From an uncultured Chloroflexia bacterium (lineage in GTDB: Bacteria; Chloroflexota; Limnocylindria; Limnocylindrales; CSP1-4), in assembly GCA_963738475.1 (NCBI GenBank), contig CAVTWU010000026.1, positions 10,362 through 74,361 on the forward strand: 64,000 bases of DNA, in the 5' to 3' direction. Positions 52,793-63,200 of this stretch are shown in pieces (the stretch's first letter is position 1; every line of letters begins with the position of its first letter). The position numbers were made by a program, and so were the translations under genes. The notes below the pieces were generated by a model. It had not been told where the DNA came from. It ran no database searches and saw only the letters and a list, made by a program, of their open reading frames with translations.

Positions 52793-54005
52793 ATGGTCCC
52801 GTTCCACGCCCCGGCGGGCACCGCCGACGCGATCGAGGCCATCGGTCCCGGCGCGACCGTCGGCAGCCCGATGTACGACATGGATCCGACGCACGGCCTG
52901 GCGGTCGCGGCGGTCGCGCTCCTGCCCGTCGCCGTGTGGCTTGCCAGGCGGCTCGGCGGGCGAGCGGATCGCCCGGATCGCCGCGGGCTATGACGCCCTC
53001 CGGCCGATCCACAAGCTCGCGTTCTGGCTGCTGGCCGTCACCGCGGCGGCCCACCTCGGGCTGGCGGTCGGCCATGGGTCACCCGGGCTCCGCGTCCTCT
53101 TCGTCGTCGATGCGGTCCTGCTCGCCGAGACCGCTCGGCGGCTGGCCCTCGGTCGGCGCTGGCGACCCCTGGCCGGCGCCCTGCTGCATCGGGTCGATCG
53201 TCGCCTACTGGGTCGCCGTGCTCGGCGGCGAGGCCCCCGACCAGGTCGGGCTGGCGACGAAGCTCGTCGAGATCACCGCCCTTGCCATCGTCCTGCGACC
53301 GGCCGACGCCCGACGCCGGCGCCCGTGGCCTGGCGGCCAGCGGCCTCACGATCGCCATCGTCGTCCTGACCGCCTCGACGGCCTGGGCCGGCGCGTTCGG
53401 GGCGGCCGGTGGCGTCGGAGCGCACACCCATGACCACGGTGCCGGCACCGTCCCAGGACCCGGCACGCTCCTGCCCGTGACGCACGATCTCGAACCGACA
53501 CCCGAGCAGGTCGCCGCCGCCGAGGATCTCCACGCCGACACCGCCACCGCGCTGGCGCGCTACGCGGATCCGGCGGCCGCCGCGGCGGACGGGTATGACG
53601 TGGCCGGGATCGCCGGACTCGACTACCACGCGTCGAACGAAACATACCTGCACGATGGTCGGATCCTGGATCCGGAGCGCCCGGAGACGCTCGTCTACGC
53701 GGCCGGCCCCGGTGGTCCGGTGCTACTGGGGGCGATGTTCCAGATGCCGGGTTTCGGTGAGGCCGGGCCGGCGATCGGGGGGCCGTTGACGGTGTGGCAC
53801 GGCCACGAGGCGATCTGCTTCTCGCTCGTGCCACCCGGTCTCACCGGGATCGTGTCACCGCTCGGCGGCTGTCCCGGTCGGGTCGTTCGCCATCCCGAGG
53901 ACGGTCGAGATGATGCATGTCTGGACGGCGCCGGGTGCCCCGCAGCCGTTCGGCGATCTCGACGACGCGTGGCGCGCAGCCTACGTCGCGAGCGCGCGGC
54001 CATGA
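52793..54005 (+). CDS. Hypothetical membrane protein with His-rich extracytoplasmic domain, frameshifted
   Basis: ATG 52793. TMs LAVAAVALLPVAVWL, LAFWLLAVTAAAHLGL, SIVAYWVAVL, LTIAIVVLTASTAWA. Then GAHTHDHGAG..LTVWHGHEAICF..MMHVWTAPGAPQPFGD. About 5 hops. Confidence 0.4.
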
Positions 54006-54060
54006 CGGGCGCGGTGGACTCGATGTGCGCCCCGGCACACCACGCCCGTCAGCGCAGGCC

Positions 54061-55738
54061 TCACCGGCCGATATCGCGCCGCCGCATCCCCCAGGCCGCG
54101 ATCGCCAGGCCGCCGACGGCCAGGACGACGCACGCGATCATCCCGGCCGGGTCCCAGATCCCGACCATCGGCTGCCCGAGATGTGTCGTCAGCGCGAGCT
54201 GGGAGACCCAGTCGGGCAGATGCAGGGGCGGCGCCACGAGCTCGATGACGAACGTGAGGATGACGATCGCCGCGATCGTCTCGCCGGCGATCGATGGGCG
54301 GAACGCACCACCGACCGCGAGACCCACCCCGGCGAGGCCGAGGGCGTACAGCCCAAGCACGGCGGTCCCCGCGACGGGCGTCACGATGTCGCCGCCGCCG
54401 ATCGCCGCCCCGATCCCGATCCCGAGCGCGATCATGCCGGTCAGGATCGCGATCGCGGCGTAGACGCCCAGGCCACCGGCGAGCGCCCAGCGGGCGCGCG
54501 ACACCGGCGCCGCCAGGATCATGTCGAGCCGGCCGCTCGTCTCGTCCGACGCCCAACCGGCGACGAGGGTCGCGGCGGCGAACCCGGCGAGGATGAACCC
54601 GAAGACCACGAACGCGAGCTGGAGGAAGCCGCCGGCCGTGCTGAGGTCGATGGTCGGGAACATGGTCTTCATGATCTCGAGCGTGTCCGGCGAGAGGTTC
54701 ACGAGCGAATCGCCGAGCGCGCGCGCCGCGGCGCCGATCACGAGTCCGTACACGCCGATGCCGATGCCCCACGCCACGGCCATCGGCAGCCGCTCGCCGA
54801 ACGACCGGCTGCCGGGTCCGCCCAGGCCGAGGGTGGCCGCGGGGAAGCCGGGCCACGGGATCCGGCTCGTGGCGCCCAGATCCCGACGGCTGAACGCTTC
54901 GACCCCGACGGCAAGCAGGACGGTCGCCACGACCGCGACCGGGACGAGCGAGATCCAGTCGGACTGGCCGGCGAGCGGCTGGTGATCGACCGTCCAGCCG
55001 AACCAGGTCAGGTTCGCGAGGGCCGCGAACGCGGGGATCGCGGCCTGGTACCCGTTGAGCAGGTAGCCGCCGAGCATGATCGCCCCCGCGATCCCGGCCG
55101 CGCTGGACCGCCCGACGATCGGGGCGAGCGCGAACGCGACCGAGCCGGACGCGATGGCGACGAGACCCACCCACAGCGCGTAGCCGATGGCGCTCTCCGG
55201 GGAGATGGCGTCGCCCGGCAGGGTGGCGAAGGCCGCCCCGGCGACCCACGCGCTCAGCGCGACCACGACCACGACGCCGGCGAGGGCGGTCAGGTGGGCG
55301 GCGAGCTTCTCGAGCGCGATCCGGCGCAGCCCCAGCGGGCGTGACCGCGACGAGCTCGAGGCTGCCGCGTCGGGCTTCGGCGGCCAGGGTGGACGAGAGG
55401 GCCAGGATCGACCAGATGCTCGCGATGAGCCCGAGCGATGCCGCGGTCTTCCAGGCGAGCGACCCGCCGAGCGTCTCGATGTTGACCGGGAACGGCGTCC
55501 CATAGAGGCCGGCCAGCACCGGCGGCAGGCTCGCGACGAGGGCCGCCAGGGCGGCACGCGACTCGGGCGTGGCGTAGGCCTCGCCGAACGCGGCACCTCC
55601 GGACAGGAGCAGCGCGCCCAGCAGGCCGGCCACGATGAGGAACGCCAGCCGGGAGTCGCGCAGGGTCTTCGCGTAGACGCTGCCCAATCCGTAGATCCGG
55701 CTCCAGCGCGAGACGGGCGTGAGGGCGATGGCGGTCAT
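54061..55738 (-). CDS. ABC-2 type exporter permease, frameshifted
   Basis: ATG 55738. Many TMs (LAFLIVAGLLGALLL, IALEKLAAHLTALAGVVVVV ...). Ends VVLAVGGLAIAAWGMRRRDIGR. Hop near 55330. Confidence 0.7.
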
Positions 55739-56655
55739 GACGGCGACCCCGCCGACGTGGCGACCCGCCTTCGTCTCGTCGTACTGGGCGAGGAACGTCT
55801 CCTCGAGGCTCGGCTCGCGGCTGACGAAGTCGAGCAGGTCGTGGCGCGCCGCGGCCTGGACCAGCGGCGTGATCGGGCCGGAGACGCGCATCCGCAGGAC
55901 GTTCTCCTCGACGACGACATCGCTGACGCCGTCGAGGCGTCGGAACTCATCCTCCGGGACGGGACCGGCGAAGCGCAGCTCGATCTGGTGATGGGCGAGG
56001 TCACGCAGGCCCTCGACGCTGTCCACCTTGACCAGCCGCCCGTCGCGGATGATCGCCACGCGGTCGCACGTGCGCTCGACCTCGGACAGGATGTGGCTCG
56101 ACAGGAAGACCGTCCGGCCCTCGGCCTTCGACTCGCGGACCAGGGCGTAGAACGACTGCTGGACGAGCGGGTCCAGGCCCGACGTCGGCTCGTCCAGGAT
56201 CAGCAGCTCGGGCCGATGCTGGAGCGCGATGACGAGGCCGATCTTCTGCTTGTTGCCCTTCGAGTACTCCTTGAACCGGCGCGACGGGTCGACATCGAAC
56301 CGCTCGATGAGCGACGCCTGGTAGGCCGGGTCCACGCCGCCGCGCAGGCTGGCGAAGTAGCGCAGGGTCTGGGCGCCGGTCAGGCGGTCGTACAGGGCGA
56401 ACTCGCCGGGGATGTAGCCACACCGCCGGTGGATCGCGACGGGATCCTCGGACGAGCCGATGCCGAAGACCAGGGCCTGTCCGCTCGTCGGCCGGATGAG
56501 GTCCAGGATCGTGCGGATCGTCGTCGTCTTGCCCGCTCCGTTGGGCCCGAGGAATCCGAACACCTCGCCCTCGTCGACGCGCAGGTCCACATCCACGATC
56601 CCGCGATGGGTCCCGTAGGTCTTGGTCAGCTGGTGGGTCTCGATGACGGCGGTCA
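55735..56655 (-). CDS. ABC exporter ATP-binding protein
   Basis: ATG 56655 after GGAAGGAG. Walker A GPNGAGKTT, signature YSKGNKQKIGL, Walker B LLILDEPTSGLDP, H-loop FLSSHIL. As sequenced it reads through into the permease. A TGA of an ATGA overlap sits in the +1 frame, so an indel near 55745-55790 is suspected. Confidence 0.9.
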
Positions 56656-56681
56656 TGTGGCTCCTTCCCGTGCGTGAGCGA

Positions 56682-57365
56682 TCAACCGAACCAGTGCTGA
56701 AGGGCGTCCCGGTCGACGATGTCGAATGACCCGGCCGGGAGCCCGAGGTACCGTTCGAGACCCTGGTTGTAGGCCGCGAAGCGGCGCTCGACGGCCTCGA
56801 ACGAGATCGTGTCCGCCCGTCGGGCGGCATAGAGCTGGACGGCGGCCTCGTTGGCGCCGAGCATGAACGAGACGAGGACGTGGCCGGCCTCGTCCGGATC
56901 GAGCCCGGCGAACCGCCCTTCGGTGCGGCCCTGGCGGAGGATGTCCGCGAACAGGGGCGCCATCCGCCCCACCGCGCCGCGTCGGAACTTCTCGCGCACG
57001 ATGGCGTTGTCGTCCGCCTCCCAGGCCTCGACGATGGCCAGCATCAGGTCGGTCCGCTCGCCCTTCCAGCGGGCGATGCCCCGGAACAGGCCATCGAGCT
57101 TCTCGAGCGAGGTCAGGGCTGGATCGTCGACCATCGGGCGGATCGACTCCGTCGCCACGTTCGTGATCCGGTCGATGACGGCGTCGAGCAGGTCCGCCTT
57201 CGAGCCGAAGTAGTGGTAGAACGCGCCCTTCGAGGCGCCGACGTCATCGATGACGTCCTGGATGCTGGTCGACGACCAACCCTTCGCCTGCATGAGGCGG
57301 ATGGCCGAGTCGACGAACGTGTCGCGTCGGAGCGCGTGGACCGCGGGATCGAGCGTTCGTGCCAC
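56682..57365 (-). CDS. TetR-family transcriptional regulator
   Basis: Intact 227 aa. HTH FVDSAIRLMQAKGWSSTSIQDVIDDVGASKGAFYHYFGSK. Confidence 0.9.
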   Translation of the reverse strand: MARTLDPAVHALRRDTFVDSAIRLMQAKGWSSTSIQDVIDDVGASKGAFYHYFGSKADLLDAVIDRITNVATESIRPMVDDPALTSLEKLDGLFRGIARWKGERTDLMLAIVEAWEADDNAIVREKFRRGAVGRMAPLFADILRQGRTEGRFAGLDPDEAGHVLVSFMLGANEAAVQLYAARRADTISFEAVERRFAAYNQGLERYLGLPAGSFDIVDRDALQHWFG

Positions 57366-57379
57366 CGGGCCTCCGATTC

Positions 57380-57400
57380 ATAGACCGACCGTCGGTCTAT
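57380..57400. promoter_or_regulatory. Probable TetR operator
   Basis: atagaccgac-c-gtcggtctat, perfect 10-bp arms, about 15 nt upstream of the tetR start codon. Confidence 0.55.
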
Positions 57401-57450
57401 CATACGCCGCCTGTCCAGCGCGCGCGTCGAGGCGGGGCGTGAGCGGCGGG

Positions 57451-58115
57451 TCAGCCGCGGGGGTCGGGGTCCTCGTTCCAGAGCTCGACGACCGGGTTCT
57501 CGCGATCCCAGCCGAGGATGGACAGGGTGCCCGTGGCGAGCCCGAAGAGCCGGCCGAACGAGGGGTCGAGGCCCAGCCAGCGGGCGGCCAGGATGCGCAG
57601 CAGGTGGCCGTGCGAGAACACGAGGACGTCACCGCCGGCCGCGTGCGCCCGGGCGAGGACGCGATCCGCTCGCGCACCGACCTCGGTCACGGTCTCGCCG
57701 TCTGGCCAGGGTCCGGTCCAGATCGTCCACTCCGGGTGGCGGCGGCGGATCGCGGGGGTCGTCAGGCCCTCGAGCGCGCCGTAGTCCCACTCGGCGAGGT
57801 CGGGCTCGATGGTGGCGTCGTCGAAGCCGGCCAGCGCCGCGGTCGTGGCGGCCCGGCCGAGCGGGCTGCTCAGGACGAGCGCGAACGGCGCGTCCGGCCC
57901 GTCGCCCCGCCGCTCGGACAACAGCCGTCCCGACCGCCCGGGCCTGGTCGCGGCCGTCGTCGGTGAGGGCGATGTCCGTGCGCCCGGTGTGGCGCCCCAG
58001 TCGGGCCCACTCGGTCTGGCCGTGGCGGACGAGCCAGAGGCGCGGGCGCGCGGCTCGGCGGTCTCGTCGGCGGTCTCGTCGGCGGCGCCTCGGGCTCGGC
58101 CTGCGCGTCGGTCAT
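57451..58115 (-). CDS. Histidine phosphatase (phosphoglycerate mutase-like) family protein
   Basis: ATG 58115 (ATGA with the lemA stop). [12 protein letters not shown] (RHG), [20 protein letters not shown]. One hop near 57950. Confidence 0.75.
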
Positions 58116-58687
58116 GCCGACGTCAACTCCACGTCCGGCCGGACCGTGTCGGCCGGGTCGGCCTCGAAGAAGTCGCGCGGCACCCAGCGGAACAGCCAGG
58201 CCAGGACGATCGCCGGCACGGTCCCGATCTTCGTGTTGTACCGGTAGACCTGGTCGTTGTAGAGCTCACGGCGGTCGGCGATGACGCCCTCGATCCGCTC
58301 GATCTCGTTCTGCAGCTCCAGGACGTTGGCGCCCGACTTGATGTCCGGGTAGCGCTCCACGACCGCGAACAGCGACCGGACCGCGGCGGTCGTCTGGTCG
58401 GACACCGCGGCTTGCTGGGGGATCGGCTCGGTGGGGGAGTAGGCGGCCCGCGCCTCGGTCACGGCGGTCAGCACGGCCTGCTCGTAGGCCATCAGCCCAC
58501 GGACGGCGGCGACCAGGTTCGGGAGCATGTCATGGCGTTGCTTGAGGACGACATCGATGTTCGCCCACGCCTTGTCGGCGCGCTGCTGGAGGGCGATGAC
58601 CGCGTTGTAGTTGGACAGGCCGATGAAGGCGGCCAGTCCCAGGACGAGCGCGACGGCGCCGATGGCTGCGATGTCCGGTGGCGTCAC
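58112..58687 (-). CDS. lemA: LemA family membrane protein
   Basis: GTG 58687 (GTGA with the upstream stop). TM IAAIGAVALVLGLAAFIGL. YNAVIALQQRADKAWANIDVVLKQRHDMLPNLV..ERYPDIKS..RRELYNDQVYRYNT. Confidence 0.85.
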   Translation of the reverse strand: MTPPDIAAIGAVALVLGLAAFIGLSNYNAVIALQQRADKAWANIDVVLKQRHDMLPNLVAAVRGLMAYEQAVLTAVTEARAAYSPTEPIPQQAAVSDQTTAAVRSLFAVVERYPDIKSGANVLELQNEIERIEGVIADRRELYNDQVYRYNTKIGTVPAIVLAWLFRWVPRDFFEADPADTVRPDVELTSA

Positions 58688-59821
58688 GTGCCGAATCCTC
58701 CTGCGAGCATGATGGCGAAGAGCATCGCACTGACGATGGCGAGGCTGGCCCCGAGCAGGCCGATGAGGTAGGTCTCCCGATGGCGATCCACGGCCGCGCC
58801 GGGCGTGCCGTGGGCGATGAGCAAGGCGACGTCGGGCGCCGCCGAGAGGACGAGCGTCTCGGGTTCGATCTCGAAGGTCCGCTCGAACCGCTCCGCCTCG
58901 GCCGCATCGGCGATCGGCAGCGGGTCGGCGGCCGGATCGAGGTCCGGCTGGCTGACCGGTCGGCCGATCCCGAAGCCGGGGATCGCGGCGTTGCCCCACG
59001 CCTCGTCCGGATCGACCAGCGTGCCGGCCGCCCGAGCCTCGGCGAGGTCCGCCGCGATCTCCGGGTCCGACAGCGGCACATCCGGTCCGGCACCCAGGTC
59101 CGCGCCGGCCGGGTCGGCCAGGTCGCCGAACGGCAGCGCGACCCCGACGACCGTGATCGCGTCACCCGGCTCCAGGCGCGTCTCGCGGTAGTGGCGCTGG
59201 CCGCGCCGATCGCGCAGGAGCGGATGGCGTCCGCCGCCGTCCAGCTCGTGCATCGCCGGGCGTCCGCAGGAGCTCGGCGACGAGCGCCTCGCGGTCCGGC
59301 TCGGCGACGTCGATCGCGCTGCCCATGCGGAGGTCCAGCCCGTGCGGCTCGTCGCCGCTCATCCCGGTCCGACCCTCGAACCGAAGCGGGGCATCGAACC
59401 GCGCGCCGCGCGGGAAGACCCGGATGGACCCCGAGGCGTCACGCACGCGGAACCCGACGGACCGCTCCTCGAGGAAGTCCGCACCCGCCGCATCGTCCCG
59501 ATCCTCGTCGATCGACGAGCGGTAGTAGACGCAGCGGACGCTCTGGAGCGCCGACACGAGGACGACCTCGGCCGGTTCGACGACCCCGCTGATCCGGACC
59601 TCGCCGGCCGCGACGGAACTGATCGTGGACGTGCCGGTGTCGGCGATGCGATCGGCCGTCCGGTAGCCGGTCAGGCCGCGCCGCAACAGCACGAGCCCGG
59701 CGATCGCCAGGCCGCCCGTCAGCGCGGCGACCTGGGGGATGACGACGAGATCCACCGAACCGCCTAGCGACCCGACGTCGGGCGACGCGGGAGGGTCGAG
59801 GGCGCCGTCGGTGGGGAGCAT
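58684..59821 (-). CDS. GIDE-like (E3-ligase-named PF12483-type) double-TM protein
   Basis: ATG 59821. TM QVAALTGGLAIAGLVLL. Core ISSVAAGEVRISGVVEPAEVVLVSALQSVRCVYYRSSIDE (pattern from memory). C-terminal TM YLIGLLGASLAIVSAMLFAIML. One hop near 59250. Confidence 0.5.
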
Positions 59822-59896
59822 GACCCAACGGTACCGCGCGCCGATGGCCGTGTGCTAGCCTCGACCTCGTTCGGAGCCGGACTGGGAGGGGCATCG

Positions 59897-60469
59897 ATGC
59901 GCTTGAGCGAGTGGTTGGCGGTCGCACCGCACAAGGAGTCCGCCGCGCCCAAGGTCGTGGCGCGTCATCGAGCCGATGCTGGCGATGCTCGGGCGCGGAC
60001 CCTGACCCGGAGTGCTGGGTGGCCTGGGGCGACGACCCGTCGATGCGCTACACGGTCTTCGCGGCGACCGACGCGGGCCTGGCCCAGGTCAACGTCCGGG
60101 TCAACGTCCCGGGCGAGGGCCCGCGCGCCGGCGGCAAGCTCATCCGCTGGAACCGGGTGCAGCTCGGCGACCTGGCGGTCGAGATGCAGGGCGGCCACCG
60201 GATCCTGAGCATCCCGCTCGAAGGCGTGATCCTGCGCGGGACCGACGAGACCGCCGACCAGGTGGCCACGTTCGTCCTCGATGCGCTCGCGGCCATCGAT
60301 GGTCGTCCGCGCGGCGGATCCGGCGCGCGCCGGCACGGGCGTCCGGCAAGGCGGCGGCCAAGGGCGCCACCAAGGCCGGCCCGAAGGCGGTCCCGCTCGG
60401 ACCGTCCGGTGCCGCTCCACGGCGTCGGGCCGTCCCGCTGCTCGAGGCCCCGAAGGGACCGTCATCCTG
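59897..60469 (+). CDS. Conserved hypothetical protein, frameshifted
   Basis: ATG 59897 MRLSEWLAVAPHKESAAPKVVA. ECWVAWGDDPSMRYTVFAATDAGLAQVNVRVNVPGEGPRAGGKLIRWNRVQLGDLAVEMQGGHRILSIPLEGVILRG. Lys/Ala-rich tail. Confidence 0.35.
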
Positions 60470-61117
60470 AGCGAGGCGGTCATCTTCGACCTGGACGGCG
60501 TCCTGGTGGACTCGGAGATCTGGTGGGACGAGGCCCGGATCGCGTTCGCGGCCGCCCACGGCCGGACCTGGACCGGCGAGGACCAGGCGGCCGTCATGGG
60601 CGCCAACTCGGCGGCCTGGGCGCACACGATGCGGGTCCGTCTCGACCTGACGCTGGACGAGGCGACCATCCAGGAGGCGATCGTCGAGGCGATGGTCGAT
60701 CGCTACCGCCGCGACGGGCGCGCCCGAGATCCCCGGCGCGACCGAGGCGGTCCGGCGGATCGCGGCCGGACGGCCGGTGGCGGTCGCGTCGTCGGCCCAC
60801 CGAGCGGTCATCGATGCCGCGCTCGTCGCGACCGGCCTGCACGACCTGTTCGCCGTCGTCGTGTCGTCGGACGAGGTGGCGCACGGCAAGCCGGCCCCCG
60901 ACGTGTACCTGGAGGCGGCCCGACGCCTGGGCGTCGCCCGCGGCGTCGTGCCTGGTCATCGAGGATTCGTACAACGGGGTGCGTGGCCGGCAAGGCGGCC
61001 GGGATGACCGTCGTCCTCGTCCCCAACGACAGCGTGCCGCCCGCCCCGGGGACGCACGAGCTCGCCGACGTCGTGCTCGAACGCCTGGCCGACCTCGATC
61101 CGGACCGCCTGTCGTGA
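60466..61117 (+). CDS. HAD-superfamily hydrolase, frameshifted
   Basis: FDLDGVLVDSE (DxD), VAVASSAHRAV, SSDEVAHGKPAPDVY, CLVIEDSYNGVRAGKAAGM. About 3 hops. Start codon not resolved. Confidence 0.8.
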
Positions 61118-61929
61118 GCGACGCGACCGCCGGCGAGCGGCGGAGCCGCCGCCGTCCGACCTCGCCCGGCCGCATCCGCGCCATCCGGATGACCGTCCGG
61201 TACTGGCTCACGAAGGTGGTCATGGCCGCCGTCGTGCGAGCGTACCTGCGAGTCCGCCTCGTCGGCGGGGAGCGGCTGACGCGGCCAGCCGGCCATCTAC
61301 TGCTTCAACCACCTGAGCTGGACCGACCCGTTCATGCTCCTCGCCACGCTCCCGGGCCGGCCGCGGCTGTTCTTCTTCGGGCCGAAGGAGGACGACATGT
61401 CGACGGGCGGACGGAACCGCCTGATGACCTGGACCGGGACGGCCATCCCGTACAAGCCGGCCAAGACGGACCTGCGCGAGGCGACCCGGCGGGTCGAGGC
61501 CATCCTGGCGGCGGGCGGCGTCGTGGCCATCGCCGGCGAGGGACGGATCCACGCGCTCGAACGCGACCTGCTGCCCTTGAGCGAGGGCCCGGCCTACTTC
61601 GCCCTGCGGGCCGGCGTGCCGATCGTGCCGATCGCGATCCACGGATCGAGCTGGCTGCGGTTCGGCGGGCGGGTGACCGTCACGGTGGGGGAGCCCATCC
61701 CGGTGGAGGGCCGGCCCGACCGGAGCGCGGTCGACGCCCTGACGGAACGGACCTGGACGGCCCTGTACGGCATGGTCTCCGGCGGCGCCGGAAGTCGCCG
61801 CAGCCCGGTCGGTTCGGCCGGTGGCTGACCGAGGCGTTCAACGACTGGCCGGAGGGATCCCGCGAGGCCGCCCTCGCCGCGGAGATCGCCGCCCCGCCCG
61901 TCTGGCATACTCGCGACGACCAGTCCTGA
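61114..61929 (+). CDS. 1-acyl-sn-glycerol-3-phosphate acyltransferase-like (PlsC family), frameshifted
   Basis: GTG 61114 (GTGA with the HAD stop). IYCFNHLSWTDP (HX4D). VVAIAGEGRI. PLSEGPAYFALRAGVPIVPIAIHG. 2 hops. Confidence 0.75.
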   Translation: MSDATAGERRSRRRPTSPGRIRAIRMTVRYWLTKVVMAAVVRAYLRVRLVGGERLTRPAGHLLLQPPELDRPVHAPRHAPGPAAAVLLRAEGGRHVDGRTEPPDDLDRDGHPVQAGQDGPARGDPAGRGHPGGGRRRGHRRRGTDPRARTRPAALERGPGLLRPAGRRADRADRDPRIELAAVRRAGDRHGGGAHPGGGPARPERGRRPDGTDLDGPVRHGLRRRRKSPQPGRFGRWLTEAFNDWPEGSREAALAAEIAAPPVWHTRDDQS

Positions 61930-61942
61930 CGCAGGAGGCACC

Positions 61943-62309
61943 GTGGGATCGACCGGGCTCTCGAGCGACCCGAAGGAATACCGGACCCGGCTCGACGAGC
62001 AGAGCGACGAGCAGATCGACGCCTGGGCCGCCGAGCTCATGCGCGACGTCTCGATCCGTCGCGGCGTCCGCAAGGTCGTCCGCGACTTCCAGCACGCCGC
62101 CGCCCTGGATGACGCCGGTTTCGAACGGGTGTTCGCTTCCGGTGGTGGCCCGCCGGCGTCGATCGGGCGAGACCGCGACGGCGACCTGATGGTGCCGGCG
62201 GTCACGCTCCACGCCCTCGTGCCCGGGCATCCACGCCCAGGTCGCCGATGGCCGCCAGCGCCTCGTCGAGTACCTCGTCGAGAACTTCGAGGAGATCGTC
62301 TACGTCTGA
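61943..62309 (+). CDS. Hypothetical protein
   Basis: MGSTGLSSDPKEYRTRLDEQSDEQIDAWAAELMRDV. After a hop, LVEYLVENFEEIVYV with stop at 62307-62309. Confidence 0.3.
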
Positions 62310-62310
62310 C

Positions 62311-63165
62311 GGACGCCGTCGCCTGACGGGTCTCGTCCGCCTGGTCCATCCGTTCCCGTCCCTCCTGAACGGCGTGATCGCCGCCGCCGTCGCCCTGGTC
62401 GCCGGTGGGGGATGGCTCACCTCGCTCCGACTCGGTCTCGCCATGGTCGCGCTCCAGTTCTCGATCGGGACGCTCAACGACCTCCTCGACGCGGACCGGG
62501 ACGCCGGGCCGGATGCCGCCCAAGCCGATCCCCGGCGGGTCCGTGTCGGTCCGGACGGCGCGCGTCGTGTGGGTCGGCGACGGCCATCGCCGGGCTGCTC
62601 CTCGTGGTCCCGTCCGGCGCCGCCGACCCTGGTCGTGGCGGCCCTGGGCCTGGGCATCGGGTACGCCTACGACCGATTCGGCCGGGGGACGGCGTGGTCG
62701 TGGCTCCCGTTCGCCCTCGGGATCCCGCTGGTCCCCGTGTACGGCTGGATCGGGACCGGGGAGCCACTGCCGTGGATCGTTCGCGGTCCTCGTCCCGTGC
62801 GCGATGCTGGCCGGAGCGTCGCTGGCGATCGCGAATGCCGCCGCGGACCTGGAGCGGGACGTGGCGGCCGGCGCCGAGTCGGTGGCCATCGCGGCTCGGC
62901 CTGGCCCGGGCATGGACGGCCAGCCTGGTCCTCGTCGCGGTCCCGGTCGCGTTCATGCTGGCGTCCCTGCTCGTCGAACGCCCGCAGGCACCGGCGCTGG
63001 TCGGGGTCGTGGCGGCGCTGGGCGTCGTCGGGAGCGGTCTCTGGCTCGGCGCGACCGTCGGTCGACGTCGGGCGACGCCCGCCCAGCGCCAGGCGGCATG
63101 GGAGATCCAGGCGGTCGGGATGGGCCTGTTCGCGACCGTCTGGCTGGTCGGCCGTCGGGTCGTAG
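62311..63165 (+). CDS. UbiA-family prenyltransferase, frameshifted
   Basis: LVHPFPSLLNGVIAAAVALVAG. NDLLDADRDAG..KPIP.GSVS (first Asp-rich motif). GLGIGYAYD. LAIANAAADLERD (second motif). About 5 hops; both ends approximate. Confidence 0.7.
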   Translation, partial: GRRRLTGLVRLVHPFPSLLNGVIAAAVALVAGGGWLTSLRLGLAMVALQFSIGTLNDLLDADRDAGPDAAQADPRRVRVGPDGARRVGRRRPSPGCSSWSRPAPPTLVVAALGLGIGYAYDRFGRGTAWSWLPFALGIPLVPVYGWIGTGEPLPWIVRGPRPVRDAGRSVAGDRECRRGPGAGRGGRRRVGGHRGSAWPGHGRPAWSSSRSRSRSCWRPCSSNARRHRRWSGSWRRWASSGAVSGSARPSVDVGRRPPSARRHGRSRRSGWACSRPSGWSAVGS

Positions 63166-63200
63166 CCGGCGGCCGGCCCGACCCGGGCGACGTCCTCGAT

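Noticed and set aside
53981-56830. 949-aa ORF suggesting a fused ABC ATPase-permease
   Set aside because: The ATPase part has normal stand-alone length (~305 aa). An ATGA start/stop overlap sits at 55735-55738 with the TGA one frame off. A single indel upstream most likely creates the apparent fusion. The tail of the ORF (below ~55330) is out-of-frame permease.
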